IMG/VR virus record: IMGVR_UViG_3300050821_002231
Coordinates: 38,897 to 102,896 of that record
From: a virus
Reading direction: 5' to 3' (one strand)
DNA: 64,000 nt
This document shows positions 19,270 to 29,326 of the stretch, in pieces (the first letter of the stretch is position 1; every line of letters begins with the position of its first letter). Below the pieces are notes generated by a model that worked only from the letters and a program-made list of their open reading frames with translations, ran no database searches and was not told where the DNA came from. The translations under genes were made by a program, and so were the position numbers.

Positions 19270-20800
19270 GGTACTACCGCCAGAAGTTCCTAAGAATCCG
19301 CTACGGCTCTATAAGTATCAAGCGGACTGGATTAACGATCAGTCGCAGCTAACCATTGCGACGAAGGCGCGGCGGATTGGGTTCTCGTTTGCGGCCGGAT
19401 TTAAGGGCATACGCAAATGCCTGCTAAAGAAGCAAGACTTCATCGTTCTCAGCGCGGGTGAACGCCAGTCGATCGAATTCATCAGTAAGTGCGTCGCTCC
19501 ACACCTACGAGCGATTGGAGCAATCGCCGAATATCACGATACATTTTTCCCCGGTTCCTCGATTTTAGAGAAGCGCGTCATTCTGGGGAACGGTTCACGC
19601 GTCATCGCGCTGCCTGCGAATCCAGAGACAGCACGAAGTTACGGCGGGGATGTACTGCTGGACGAGTTTGCGTTTCATCTTGATGCACGGAAGATTTACG
19701 AAGCAATCGCGCCGTCAATTACCCTTGGATACGAACTGGCGATTATTTCGACGCCGAACGGTCAGCAGGGGCCGTATTACGAATTAGCCAAGGAAGCGGG
19801 TCTGACCGGCGAAGAGCCGAAGAGTAAACGATTCTCGCCGCACAGTTGCAACATCTTTCAGGCGATTGAACAAGGTTTCTCGGATCGCTTCGGCAGGCTG
19901 CTGGTCGCAGAGGAAGTCCGAGCGACATGTCTCGACGAAGAGATGTGGTTGCAAGAATTCTGCTGTCAGTTCCTTTCGATTCTTTCGCAGTGGATTCCGT
20001 ACGAGTTATACAAAGCGAATGAATCGGCCTCGGCATCGAGCGGGGAGCCCGATCCAGAATATTCGAACATGTACGCGGGTTGGGATATCGCCCGCAATAA
20101 AGATTTGTCCGTTGTCTGGTTCATGAATCAGGTTGGCGACGTGAGCGTGACTCGCGGACTCTGGGAGATGCGGAACATTCCCACGCCAGAGCAAGTACGG
20201 CGGATCGTTGCGATGATGCCGCGGATTCGTCGGCTCTGTATCGATAAGTCGGGGATGGGCCTCCCCATCTTCGAGCAGCTAGAAGAGAAGTTCGGAGCGA
20301 GTCGAGTGGAGGGAGTGCAGTTTACGCTCCAGGCAAAAGAGGCGCTGGCAACGCACGGCAAGCGCCGGATGGAAGAAACGAAAGTCCGTATTCCTGAAGG
20401 GCAAGACACGATCCGGTATTCATTCGCTTCCATTAAGAAAACTACGACAGCGACCGGGCAGGCACGCTTCGATGCCGAGCACGATGAGAAGTACGGTCAT
20501 GGCGATCATTTTTGGTCGTTCTGTCTTGCAGAGAGCGCGGGCCACAATCCAGGCGACAGCTTCATGCGCTGGTTGCAAACGAAGTCAGACGACGCAAAGC
20601 GGCTGGCACCTCCGCCGAACCCGCAAGACTTGGGCGGCGGAATAATTCTTGGCTCTGCGATGGTAGCAGTGCCAGCGGTAGTGCCGGGAACGGTTACGGT
20701 TAATGAGGCTGAGACGGTACCGAGCGAAGCGCCACGGGAGCAAGTGAAACCCTTTACCGATCCTTATGGCCTCTTGAAAAGAGCGGCGCGGAGCAAGTGA
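19220..20800 (+). CDS. terL: Terminase large subunit (Mu gp28-like)
   Basis: KARRIGFS, VLLDEFAFH, ISTPNG, GWDIAR, IDKSGMG, HGDHFWS. Confidence 0.92.
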   Translation: MSITDSPVETTSDSVVEVLPPEVPKNPLRLYKYQADWINDQSQLTIATKARRIGFSFAAGFKGIRKCLLKKQDFIVLSAGERQSIEFISKCVAPHLRAIGAIAEYHDTFFPGSSILEKRVILGNGSRVIALPANPETARSYGGDVLLDEFAFHLDARKIYEAIAPSITLGYELAIISTPNGQQGPYYELAKEAGLTGEEPKSKRFSPHSCNIFQAIEQGFSDRFGRLLVAEEVRATCLDEEMWLQEFCCQFLSILSQWIPYELYKANESASASSGEPDPEYSNMYAGWDIARNKDLSVVWFMNQVGDVSVTRGLWEMRNIPTPEQVRRIVAMMPRIRRLCIDKSGMGLPIFEQLEEKFGASRVEGVQFTLQAKEALATHGKRRMEETKVRIPEGQDTIRYSFASIKKTTTATGQARFDAEHDEKYGHGDHFWSFCLAESAGHNPGDSFMRWLQTKSDDAKRLAPPPNPQDLGGGIILGSAMVAVPAVVPGTVTVNEAETVPSEAPREQVKPFTDPYGLLKRAARSK

Positions 20801-21323
20801 ATCAATGGACCATTATCTTGCTAAGGCATTGATGAATGCCGACCAATCTACGGTGGCACTGTTCATTCAAACGGAGCGGTGGGTGCGGATGTCTTGGAGA
20901 TATTATCCGAACGCTGTAGTTAAAGAAGAGGCCATGAACCACATTTGGCTTGGAGCGAAATAATGTTGGGCACAAGTGATCAGCCACAACAGCATACAGC
21001 GAGCGAGATCAAGGCAGTTGAAGAGGCGAAGGCGCGAACGATGAGAATCTTGGGAGAAGAACCAGCAGTTCAAATCGAAACTAGAACATTGAGTGCTCAC
21101 GATTTCAGTTCACGCGTAACTACGGGCGATTCGGCGCTTATGTTTGGTACGAATCGGGCACAGACCGTTAAGACATTACGAGCTTTGGCAGACAGAATCG
21201 AGAAGGAAGAGGTCCATGTGTTTGGCGCACGAGTATCGTCCTTAGCCCCACGTGACGAATTTGTGACGTCCGTTCTTCGTTTAGTGCTCGCCGAGAAAGT
21301 AATGATCGGCAAGGAGAAAACAA

Positions 21324-23327
21324 ATGTGTAAGTGCAAGTGGTCAGCTTTTATAGTTCTGCTGGCATCCATCGCAACGGCGCAGCAAGTACCGCCAACGAT
21401 GTTTGGGATGAACGTGCATCCCAAAGTAATCGCGCCGCATAACGGGATACCTTGGCCCACAATTCCTATCGGAGCATTCCGCTTCTGGGGAACTGAGACA
21501 ACGTGGAGTGCCATGAATCCCTCGAACGGTGCCTACAATTTCGACACGATGGATGCTTGGTTCGCAGCCGCCGCAAAGAACGGTGTGACTGATTTCCTTT
21601 ATACATTTGGTGAGACGCCGGCATGGGCTGCTGGACCGCCGATGACTCAATCATGCGACCACTACCCAGGATCGTGCGACGCGCCCAAGGATCTTAACGC
21701 CGATGGCACGGGACCGGATCAAATCTGGAAGGACTTCGTTACGGTGGTTGTGAAGCACGCAAACGGTCGCATTAAGTATTGGGAAGTGTGGAACGAGCCC
21801 GACATTGGGATTGAGTGGACGCCGACGAACCCGCAGATGCCTTACGCGCAACTGATTCGCATGGCGAAAGACGCTTACGCAATCATTAAGGCGAATTGCC
21901 CGACGTGCCAAGTAACAACACCGTGCCCGGTCGATTCCGGGAAAGGGCAGACAATTGGCAATTGGCTACCTGGCTACGTGAAAGCTGGAGGTTTGGCATA
22001 CGCGGATATCATCGCGTTCCACGGCTATATTGATTCGGCTCTGGGGCAGAAGCCAGAAGCGGAAGCGGGGAAGGTTGCGACGATTAAAGCGGCGATAGGG
22101 AACAGCACAAAGCCGATCTGGGACACGGAAGGCAATTGGGGCAACGATAGCGGATTGCCGAACGCGCAACTCCAGGCCGCATATCTCGCACGCATGTATC
22201 TTGTGCAACGATCGGTTGGTGTGCAGCGCTTTTACTGGTGGCAATACGGGAACTCGGAGATGGGAACGCTCGTCACGAACGGGACGCTGACCTCATCTGG
22301 CACAGCCTACGCGGAACTCAACAAGTGGATCGTAGGCAGCACAATGACCAAGCCGTGCATGAATTCAGGAACGGTTTGGAGTTGCGGCTTCCGTATGGCG
22401 AACGGCACGCAGTCGATGATTGTCTGGGACGCTGGACAAACATGTGCCGTGACAAACTGTGGGCAAACGCAGTGGAGTTACCCGGCAGGCTACACGGCTT
22501 CGGCAACGCTGGCGGGCGTGAATGCAAAGTTGAGCGGAGGCAAGGTTGGAATTGGCGCTCAGCCGATACTGTTAATGGGCAGCACGCCTCTCGGTAATTT
22601 GCCACAAAATGCGCTAGTGGCAAGAAGTACCGGCGCGCAAAGAAAGGTACTATTCATTGACGGCAAGAGAAAAACGTCGAGCGCGAAAGCGACGCTGACT
22701 GCTGGCGCTACTTCGAGTACGCCAGAAGTAGTGAACCTGTTGTGGAATGCATCATCGTCTCCGAACGTTCTGGCCTACAACGTCTATCGCAACACGGCAG
22801 CGACAGGCGGGTTTACGGAGATTGGCAGCATTCCAAGTTCGAGTTGCTGCAACTATAAAGATTCTACGACGATATTCTCTACGAGTTACTGGTACGCGGT
22901 GACTGCCTCAGACGTTGCGGTTGGGACTCCCTGTCCGACAGGCCAGACATGTGAGAGTGCCGAGGATGGACCGATCGGGCCGGAAGTAATTCCTGGACCG
23001 CCTCCACCACCCCCACCGCCGCAACCGAACCCGCCGACGGGACTTACTGGCACGGTAACGACCTCGAAGAATGTGATTCTGAAATGGAATCAGCCGGTGC
23101 CGCAGGTTGGAGTCCAAGACATATCGACTAGCGTGTACATGTGCTATCAGAGCGGGTGTCCTAAGCCGCCAATCATCGCGACGGTGCTGGCACCTGCCGC
23201 AACCTACACGGCGAAATGCACATACCCAGGCGGACGTTGCTGGTATGTGCTGAAGGAAAACGCGATGGTGAATGGCAAGAGCGTGCAGAGCGTGCAAAGC
23301 AATATCGTCGCCGCAAAGGTGTCGTGA
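21324..23327 (+). CDS. Secreted clan GH-A glycoside hydrolase (GH39/GH5-like) with FN3-like domains
   Basis: Signal peptide; WEVWNEP acid/base, PIWDTE nucleophile; poly-Pro linker; YNVYR...YWYAVTA. Confidence 0.8.
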   Translation: MCKCKWSAFIVLLASIATAQQVPPTMFGMNVHPKVIAPHNGIPWPTIPIGAFRFWGTETTWSAMNPSNGAYNFDTMDAWFAAAAKNGVTDFLYTFGETPAWAAGPPMTQSCDHYPGSCDAPKDLNADGTGPDQIWKDFVTVVVKHANGRIKYWEVWNEPDIGIEWTPTNPQMPYAQLIRMAKDAYAIIKANCPTCQVTTPCPVDSGKGQTIGNWLPGYVKAGGLAYADIIAFHGYIDSALGQKPEAEAGKVATIKAAIGNSTKPIWDTEGNWGNDSGLPNAQLQAAYLARMYLVQRSVGVQRFYWWQYGNSEMGTLVTNGTLTSSGTAYAELNKWIVGSTMTKPCMNSGTVWSCGFRMANGTQSMIVWDAGQTCAVTNCGQTQWSYPAGYTASATLAGVNAKLSGGKVGIGAQPILLMGSTPLGNLPQNALVARSTGAQRKVLFIDGKRKTSSAKATLTAGATSSTPEVVNLLWNASSSPNVLAYNVYRNTAATGGFTEIGSIPSSSCCNYKDSTTIFSTSYWYAVTASDVAVGTPCPTGQTCESAEDGPIGPEVIPGPPPPPPPPQPNPPTGLTGTVTTSKNVILKWNQPVPQVGVQDISTSVYMCYQSGCPKPPIIATVLAPAATYTAKCTYPGGRCWYVLKENAMVNGKSVQSVQSNIVAAKVS

Positions 23328-24031
23328 GGCGGTTCAAAAAGAGAACCGTATGGCAAAAGGTTCGAGACGCCGCACGCAAAAAACGCCCGTTACGGTTGGC
23401 TGCAAGCGAGACGAAATCGCTATCTTCGGCGATTGATCCTCTCGCGAAGCTCGACGACATTGATACCGCGAGATGGCGTGAAGAAAACAGGCGATGCTGG
23501 TATCAGAATAGGCGGAAAGTAAAGCCGCCTACAGGGCCAGTTTGGCCGCAGTTGAGCGTGAAGGTAGCTGAAGTCTGCGAACTGTTATGCAAAGGGATGC
23601 ATCGCGACAAGATCGTAAAGGTATTAAAGCTGCCCCGGACTACGGTGAGCAGTAGGTTAGCGGAAGCGTATAGGATCGCTGGGATATCGAATGACAAGCA
23701 GAAAGAAGTCGCTCTCGCGGTGCTCCTTACTTACGAACGTCATCCTGAGTTGCGCCCTCGTGATGGGCTGCGTTGCGAAACGAACCACGGCGTCACAGTC
23801 GATGAAACCATCAACTACACCCATTCCTATCCCAACCGTCCAAGCGGAAGCAATCGTATCGCCGGCCCAGTCTTTTACTGGACCCAAACTCCCGCCGATC
23901 TGCAAGGGCGGCCTGCTGTCGCAGCACGCGAACGCAACAGAGATGATTGCGTATCAGGCGAAGTATTCGACGCAAGGGTGCCGATGGATGGCTCCTCCCA
24001 AATGTCCGACAAACTGGAAACCGCAACATGA
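23324..24031 (+). CDS. LuxR-type HTH protein
   Basis: LSVKVAEVCELLCKGM...IVKVLKLPRTTVSSRLAEAYRIAGI. Confidence 0.55.
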   Translation: MRRFKKRTVWQKVRDAARKKRPLRLAASETKSLSSAIDPLAKLDDIDTARWREENRRCWYQNRRKVKPPTGPVWPQLSVKVAEVCELLCKGMHRDKIVKVLKLPRTTVSSRLAEAYRIAGISNDKQKEVALAVLLTYERHPELRPRDGLRCETNHGVTVDETINYTHSYPNRPSGSNRIAGPVFYWTQTPADLQGRPAVAARERNRDDCVSGEVFDARVPMDGSSQMSDKLETAT

Positions 24032-24313
24032 AGGGCAGTGTACGCCATGAACATACCGCCAGCGGGGTTGATTGAAAGCGCTGTGGATCAGATTGATCCG
24101 AACGGAAAGCCTGAGAAAGATGAGGCTTCGGAATTGGTCTCTGCGATTGGCGGATCCACGGCAACGAAACTCGGAATTAATTTTCCGCTTTCGCCCGAGT
24201 TCCTGAAAGGCTATCAGATTGGTTTGCAGGTAGCGCGTCAAATGCTTGCAGGCAGTATGGAACTGGCGGTGAAGGGAATTAACCCCGAGATTCTTCTGTA
24301 AAAGGAACTACGA

Positions 24314-27199
24314 ATGGCGCGAGGTTTAGTCCAAGACGGGTTCGGCAAGGCGACTCCGATAAGCCGTGGCTTGTTCGAGCGGTTCACGGATGGAGTGAAC
24401 GCGCAAATCTCTTCCTTGGACCCGATGGCATGGATGGGGCCGTCGCAGCCAATGGGACGCGTGGCCCCGCGCGGTACTCAGGCCCGAATCTTTGACTATC
24501 GGTTCGGTCAGAACATCGACTACACGCCGAAGGCGTTTGAAGGCTATTGCTACGATGTTCTGCGCGACCTAGCAGACGGCTACAGCCTGTTGCGGTCCGT
24601 AATTGAGACTCGCAAGGATCAAGTGTCGCGCGTACCGCACAGCTTTAGTGTGAGGACATTGCCGGGAGAACCGCCAAGCAAGCAGAAAGAGCGGCAGTTG
24701 AATGACAAGCGCATCGCTAAGCTGGAGGAATTCTGGTCGAAGCCTGATGGGCAGCACAGTTTCTCTGATTGGCAGCGGCAAATACTGGAAGATCTTTTTG
24801 TTATTGATGCCGCGAGCGTTGTGCCCCGATGGAGACGCGACGGCGGTATTTATGGTTTCGATGTGATTGACGGCGCGACAATCAGTCTACTTGTGGACGA
24901 GACAGGGCGCTCACCAATGCCTCCGGACCCTGCCTATCGCCAGATTATCAAGGGAATGCCAGCGGTTGACATGATGATTCCGACACCGGCGATTAGGAAG
25001 TCGGATGCATTGTTCTTTTATCCGCGCAACGTTAGACCGTCGCGATTGTATGGATTCTGTTTCTCGCCAGATACAGAAGTTTTGACTCGTGATGGCTGGA
25101 AGTTAGTCAGCGCCGTGACTCACGAAGATGGCGTAGCAACTCGCAATCCTGACACTAAGGCTTTGGAATGGCAGAGGCCAACAGCTCTTACGAAACGCCG
25201 ATACTCCGGCAATCTCATCAATTTCATAGGGAAGGGTGTTGATGTTCTGGTTACTCCAGAACACAACATGATCGTGCGAAACAGAAACACCGGGCATGAG
25301 AGTTTGCTTCCAGCGCAAGAGTTGAAGGATTCGCCATTTCATGTTACTCACTGGCAACTGCCATTGGTCGTGGACTCATGGGCGGGTTGCGAAATTAAAG
25401 AGATGAAATTCGGCGACAAGTCTGCAATCCATGAACGCAATCGTACGATCAGAACCAAGCGACAGGCTGGCGCGAGTTACTCCGAGATATCTGCTTCGAC
25501 AGGCGTTCCCGTAGCGACAATCGCCGATGTTGTTACTGAGCGCTATACCTATGAGGCGCACGAGGGCGGAAGATATCCGATAGAAGTAACAATGTCCGGG
25601 GATGACTATTGTGCTTTCATGGGGATGTATCTATCGGAAGGATCGACCAACAAAGGGAAGATTGTAGTCATTACTCAGAAACAATCATCCAGGTTTTTCA
25701 CAAAGTTCCGCGACAAGCTGGAGGGCATCTTCGGACCTGTCGCTTACGATGGTTATGACTTTTATATTCACCGGACTGCTTTAATTGGTCATCTCAAAAG
25801 TTTCGGCTACAGTCATCAGAAGTACGTGCCGATAGAAATCATGGAGGCGACCTCGGACCAAATCAAAATCTTCCTTGACTATCTATTCGATGGAGATGCT
25901 CGCCGAGCTCCGAGCGGACAAATCTTCTACTACACGACCAGCAGGCGTATGGCTGACCAAGTACAAGAGTTGCTACAAAAAACCGGAGTATCGTCCACTG
26001 TAACCCCGCTGGCTCCTCGCGGTAGCGTGATGGCGGATGGCCGGGTGATTAAGGCAGAGAATTGCCGCACGCAATACAAGGTGTCAGTTAATAAAATGAG
26101 ACGTGCGGCGGCATCGAAATCCAAATACGTTCCATTCGAAGGAACCGTTAACTGTATCAGCGTGCCTAATAAAAGTGTGCTGGCGAGACGCAACGGGAAA
26201 GCCACTTGGACATCACAGTCGCCGGTTGAGCAGCTCGTACTTATTGTGAACATCGCATTGCGACGGCAGATGCATCAATTACAGTGGTACACGGATGGCA
26301 CAATCCCAGATGTGTTCCTAGAGGCTCCAGACGGACTGAGCGAAGAACGAATGACTCAGTTTGAAGCGATATGGAACGAGAAGTTTGCCACAACGCAAGC
26401 ACGGCGCAAAGCAAACTTCGTTCCATTTGGTACTAAGGTCACATTCGCCAAAGACCCGAAACTTAAAGACGAGATGGACGAGTATCTCGCCCGTATGGTC
26501 GCGTACTGTTTCAGCGTGTCACCTACAGCGTTGGTCAAGACCACGAACCGAGCCACAAGCCAGCAGTTGAGCGACGATGCACGAGCAGAAGGTCTTGAGC
26601 CGATTCTCTTCTGGTTCAAAGAGATCATGGACGATTTGCTTGCGTTCATGGGCTGTGCGGATATTGAGTATGAACTTGGTTCAAGCAATCGCGAGAACCC
26701 GCTAGTCCAAGCCCAAGTGTGGCAGATTCTGTTGAGTACGGTGGACGATCAAGGGCACAGCCCGATGCGTGCGCCAGAAGTCCGAGAAGAGTTGGGACTG
26801 GAGCCCATCGACTACAAAGCTGAGGACGACGCGGCATTTGCGAAAGGTCTTGACCAGCAGAGCCAGCGCAATGCACTTCAGGCCGACAATCAGGAAGACA
26901 TGATGCGCCGGCAGCAGCAAGTGCAACACGCCGACGAGCCGCGGCCGAAGGCGGCACGGCTGGCAGAATGTCCGCTCTGCCGCAGCGGGATGAAAGTTGT
27001 AGGGCATAACGGCGATACCGTGATGGGACCGCACCACGTAGACACAGACGGCACGGAATTGCTTTGCTACGCAACGCAAAAGGTACTCGGGACTCGTGCT
27101 CTAAAAAAAAAGTCTCAAAGCCTACACGCTACCGCGTCGAATCGGGCTCTCGTAGCGAGCGGCACACACAAGCCTTTGTCCGCACGTCGAACTTACTGA
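24314..27199 (+). CDS. Portal protein containing an intein
   Basis: LLRSVIETRKDQV, ILEDLFVIDA, IDGATI, YGF/SPVEQ interrupted by the intein. Confidence 0.9.
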   Translation: MARGLVQDGFGKATPISRGLFERFTDGVNAQISSLDPMAWMGPSQPMGRVAPRGTQARIFDYRFGQNIDYTPKAFEGYCYDVLRDLADGYSLLRSVIETRKDQVSRVPHSFSVRTLPGEPPSKQKERQLNDKRIAKLEEFWSKPDGQHSFSDWQRQILEDLFVIDAASVVPRWRRDGGIYGFDVIDGATISLLVDETGRSPMPPDPAYRQIIKGMPAVDMMIPTPAIRKSDALFFYPRNVRPSRLYGFCFSPDTEVLTRDGWKLVSAVTHEDGVATRNPDTKALEWQRPTALTKRRYSGNLINFIGKGVDVLVTPEHNMIVRNRNTGHESLLPAQELKDSPFHVTHWQLPLVVDSWAGCEIKEMKFGDKSAIHERNRTIRTKRQAGASYSEISASTGVPVATIADVVTERYTYEAHEGGRYPIEVTMSGDDYCAFMGMYLSEGSTNKGKIVVITQKQSSRFFTKFRDKLEGIFGPVAYDGYDFYIHRTALIGHLKSFGYSHQKYVPIEIMEATSDQIKIFLDYLFDGDARRAPSGQIFYYTTSRRMADQVQELLQKTGVSSTVTPLAPRGSVMADGRVIKAENCRTQYKVSVNKMRRAAASKSKYVPFEGTVNCISVPNKSVLARRNGKATWTSQSPVEQLVLIVNIALRRQMHQLQWYTDGTIPDVFLEAPDGLSEERMTQFEAIWNEKFATTQARRKANFVPFGTKVTFAKDPKLKDEMDEYLARMVAYCFSVSPTALVKTTNRATSQQLSDDARAEGLEPILFWFKEIMDDLLAFMGCADIEYELGSSNRENPLVQAQVWQILLSTVDDQGHSPMRAPEVREELGLEPIDYKAEDDAAFAKGLDQQSQRNALQADNQEDMMRRQQQVQHADEPRPKAARLAECPLCRSGMKVVGHNGDTVMGPHHVDTDGTELLCYATQKVLGTRALKKKSQSLHATASNRALVASGTHKPLSARRTY
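25058..26218 (+). mobile_element. Intein (387 aa) with LAGLIDADG homing endonuclease
   Basis: Starts CFSPDTEVLTRDGW; block B VTPEH; FMGMYLSEG and FLDYLFDGD; ends VNCISVP...WTSQ before the Ser+1. Confidence 0.9.
27106..27112 (+). other. Probable -1 slippery site A AAA AAG (portal to MuF fusion)
   Basis: A9G run; the -1 frame stays open to 28551. Confidence 0.65.
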
Positions 27200-28551
27200 G
27201 GCGCTTCTTTAAGCGATGCCAAGCGAAGTTGGTAGCGATCGCAAAGGAAGTCCCATCGCTCGCAGAGATTCCAGAGGGATGGCACTTCTACAACCCCGAG
27301 AGCGGGGCGGAGTTGCCAAAGGTAGCTGCTGCGGACTTGCAACGTGATCAGAGCCACGTGGCTTGTGCGATGATTCGATTGCCAGAGGCTATCGCAGACG
27401 AAGTACTGGCGAAAGCAGCAATGCTGATTGCAGATGAGGATGTGACAGGCAAGGGGCGTGAGGACGAGCCGCATATCACGTTAAAGTATGGGGTTAGAGA
27501 GAACGTAGGCGAGACGGCAGAAGCCCTCGCCGAGTTCTACCCCTTCGAGGTTGAGTTAGGCAAGACGGGAGTGTTCACTCCAAACCAGAACACCGGAGGT
27601 GCGGCGGTTGTTTACGTGGAAGCAATCGCGCCAATCCTGAAAGAACTGCACTCCAAGTTGGGTGACAGCATAGGCGTGCGGCACGACGGAGCCGATTACG
27701 TTCCGCATGTCACGTTAGCTTACGTGGACGCATCAAAGGCCGACAAGTACGATGACCTGGATTCTTTCGCAGGCATGAAGTTCACCGCGAACGCAATCAC
27801 GATCACGCGGGCAGAGGGGAAAGATTGGACCTTTGACTTGGGCGGTGCGAGTCTCGTATCCAAGGCTGGAGGTGACGAAGAGGACGAGGATATTGAGGAA
27901 ATCATTCTCGATATTCTTAAAGGCTTCCAAGAGATCGTGCCTGCGGTGCAACACGAATTGGAAGGCACGTATCTGGACCAGGCGCGGCAGATGTCAACCG
28001 AGATGGAGAGCACGGTCCAGTTGTCGGTGCTGAATCAACGAGCGTTGGACTACGCGCGAGCGCGTGCGGCCGAGTTGGTTGGCATGAAATGGGTGGAAGG
28101 CGAGCTTGTCACAAACCCGAACGCGGTGTGGGCCATCACGGACACGACGCGGGAAGTGCTGAAGGATCTGATTACAAACGCATTCTCACAAGGCCAGACG
28201 CCAGCAGAGTTAACAAGTTCGATTGAGCAGACGGGGATCTTTAGTGTGTGGCGTTCTGACCTAATTGCCTCGACCGAAATGGCGATGGCTACCCGGCAGG
28301 GCGCACGGGACACGGCTAAAGATGTTGGAGTGATCGGTAAATCTTCCGAGACGAGCGGTGATCATACTGAAGAGAATTGTGATGGAAGTTGCGACGAAGC
28401 GGAAGAGCGTGGCGTCATTGGGATTGATGAAGATTGGGGCGTAGACGGACACTTCGAAGGAATAGGTTGCAACTGCGTAGAAGTTTACTATACGGCGGAT
28501 GATCCCGAGGCCGCGGACTTGCTGGAGCCAGAAACGGTGGAAGCGGAATGA
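27109..28551 (+). CDS. 2H phosphoesterase plus MuF-like head morphogenesis protein
   Basis: PHITLKYG and PHVTLAY (two HxT motifs); ITDTTRE...RSDLIASTE...CNC (MuF). Confidence 0.8.
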   Translation, partial: KVSKPTRYRVESGSRSERHTQAFVRTSNLLRRFFKRCQAKLVAIAKEVPSLAEIPEGWHFYNPESGAELPKVAAADLQRDQSHVACAMIRLPEAIADEVLAKAAMLIADEDVTGKGREDEPHITLKYGVRENVGETAEALAEFYPFEVELGKTGVFTPNQNTGGAAVVYVEAIAPILKELHSKLGDSIGVRHDGADYVPHVTLAYVDASKADKYDDLDSFAGMKFTANAITITRAEGKDWTFDLGGASLVSKAGGDEEDEDIEEIILDILKGFQEIVPAVQHELEGTYLDQARQMSTEMESTVQLSVLNQRALDYARARAAELVGMKWVEGELVTNPNAVWAITDTTREVLKDLITNAFSQGQTPAELTSSIEQTGIFSVWRSDLIASTEMAMATRQGARDTAKDVGVIGKSSETSGDHTEENCDGSCDEAEERGVIGIDEDWGVDGHFEGIGCNCVEVYYTADDPEAADLLEPETVEAE

Positions 28552-28864
28552 GCGAAAGTTTTCAGAGTTCGATCATGCCTCAAGTAACGCTGGATATTCC
28601 GATGCCACAAGGCGCAGCGATTCCGAAACGCGAGCAGCAGGAAATCGTCAAGCAGGCCGCAGATGAAGTTGCGCTAACGATTGAGTTGAAGCGCCTTGAC
28701 ATCAAGAAAGACACGGCCTACAGATGTGGCCAGTCGGCAAAGGACCGAGGCTTTGGACGTATCTCGCCTTACTATGAGGACGAGGCTGCGGATAGAGCAT
28801 TCTTCGCTGGTTACGATGGGCAGTCGAAGCCAACCTTGGACGAGTTGCTTGCGCCGGTGCTGGG

Positions 28865-29326
28865 ATGACCACAGCTGATCTGAATCAACTAGCGGAAAGG
28901 GCGGCGCGTCGGGAAGAAATACGGGCCAAACTACCAGAGTCGCTGGCGATTGCATGGCTGGTAGTTGAAGAGGACGGGCGTATTTTCGACCTCAATAAGC
29001 AGGCTGAATTGTTATTCGGCTATGAATCGACCGAACTCATCGGCAAGATGGTAGAGGATTTGGTTCCAGAGGCAAAACGCGGAGTCCACGTTCCGCACCG
29101 CGAAGGCTACTGGGAAGAGCCACACACCCGAACGATGGGAGCTGGGATGCTTCTGAGCGCACGGCGTAAAGATGGAAGTTCATTTCCCGCCGCAATTAGC
29201 CTCGGACCAATTGCGGCCAAAGGTGGACGAGTGGTTGCTGTCACAGTGGTTCGCTTGGAATTGCGAAAGCCAGAGACAATATCCAATCGGGTCACGCAGA
29301 ATCCCTCGAAGGAGGGCCGTGCCTGA
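28865..29326 (+). CDS. Stand-alone PAS domain protein
   Basis: DGRIFDLNKQAELLFGY...LIGKMVEDLVP...RRKDGSSFPAAISL. Confidence 0.85.
   Translation: MTTADLNQLAERAARREEIRAKLPESLAIAWLVVEEDGRIFDLNKQAELLFGYESTELIGKMVEDLVPEAKRGVHVPHREGYWEEPHTRTMGAGMLLSARRKDGSSFPAAISLGPIAAKGGRVVAVTVVRLELRKPETISNRVTQNPSKEGRA

Noticed and set aside
22995-23035. C-rich low-complexity tract (and the G-rich tract near 51000)
   Set aside because: Explained by poly-Pro and poly-Gly linkers
27064-27108. TTG start for the MuF ORF
   Set aside because: No clear RBS and deep overlap with the portal; frameshift entry is more plausible
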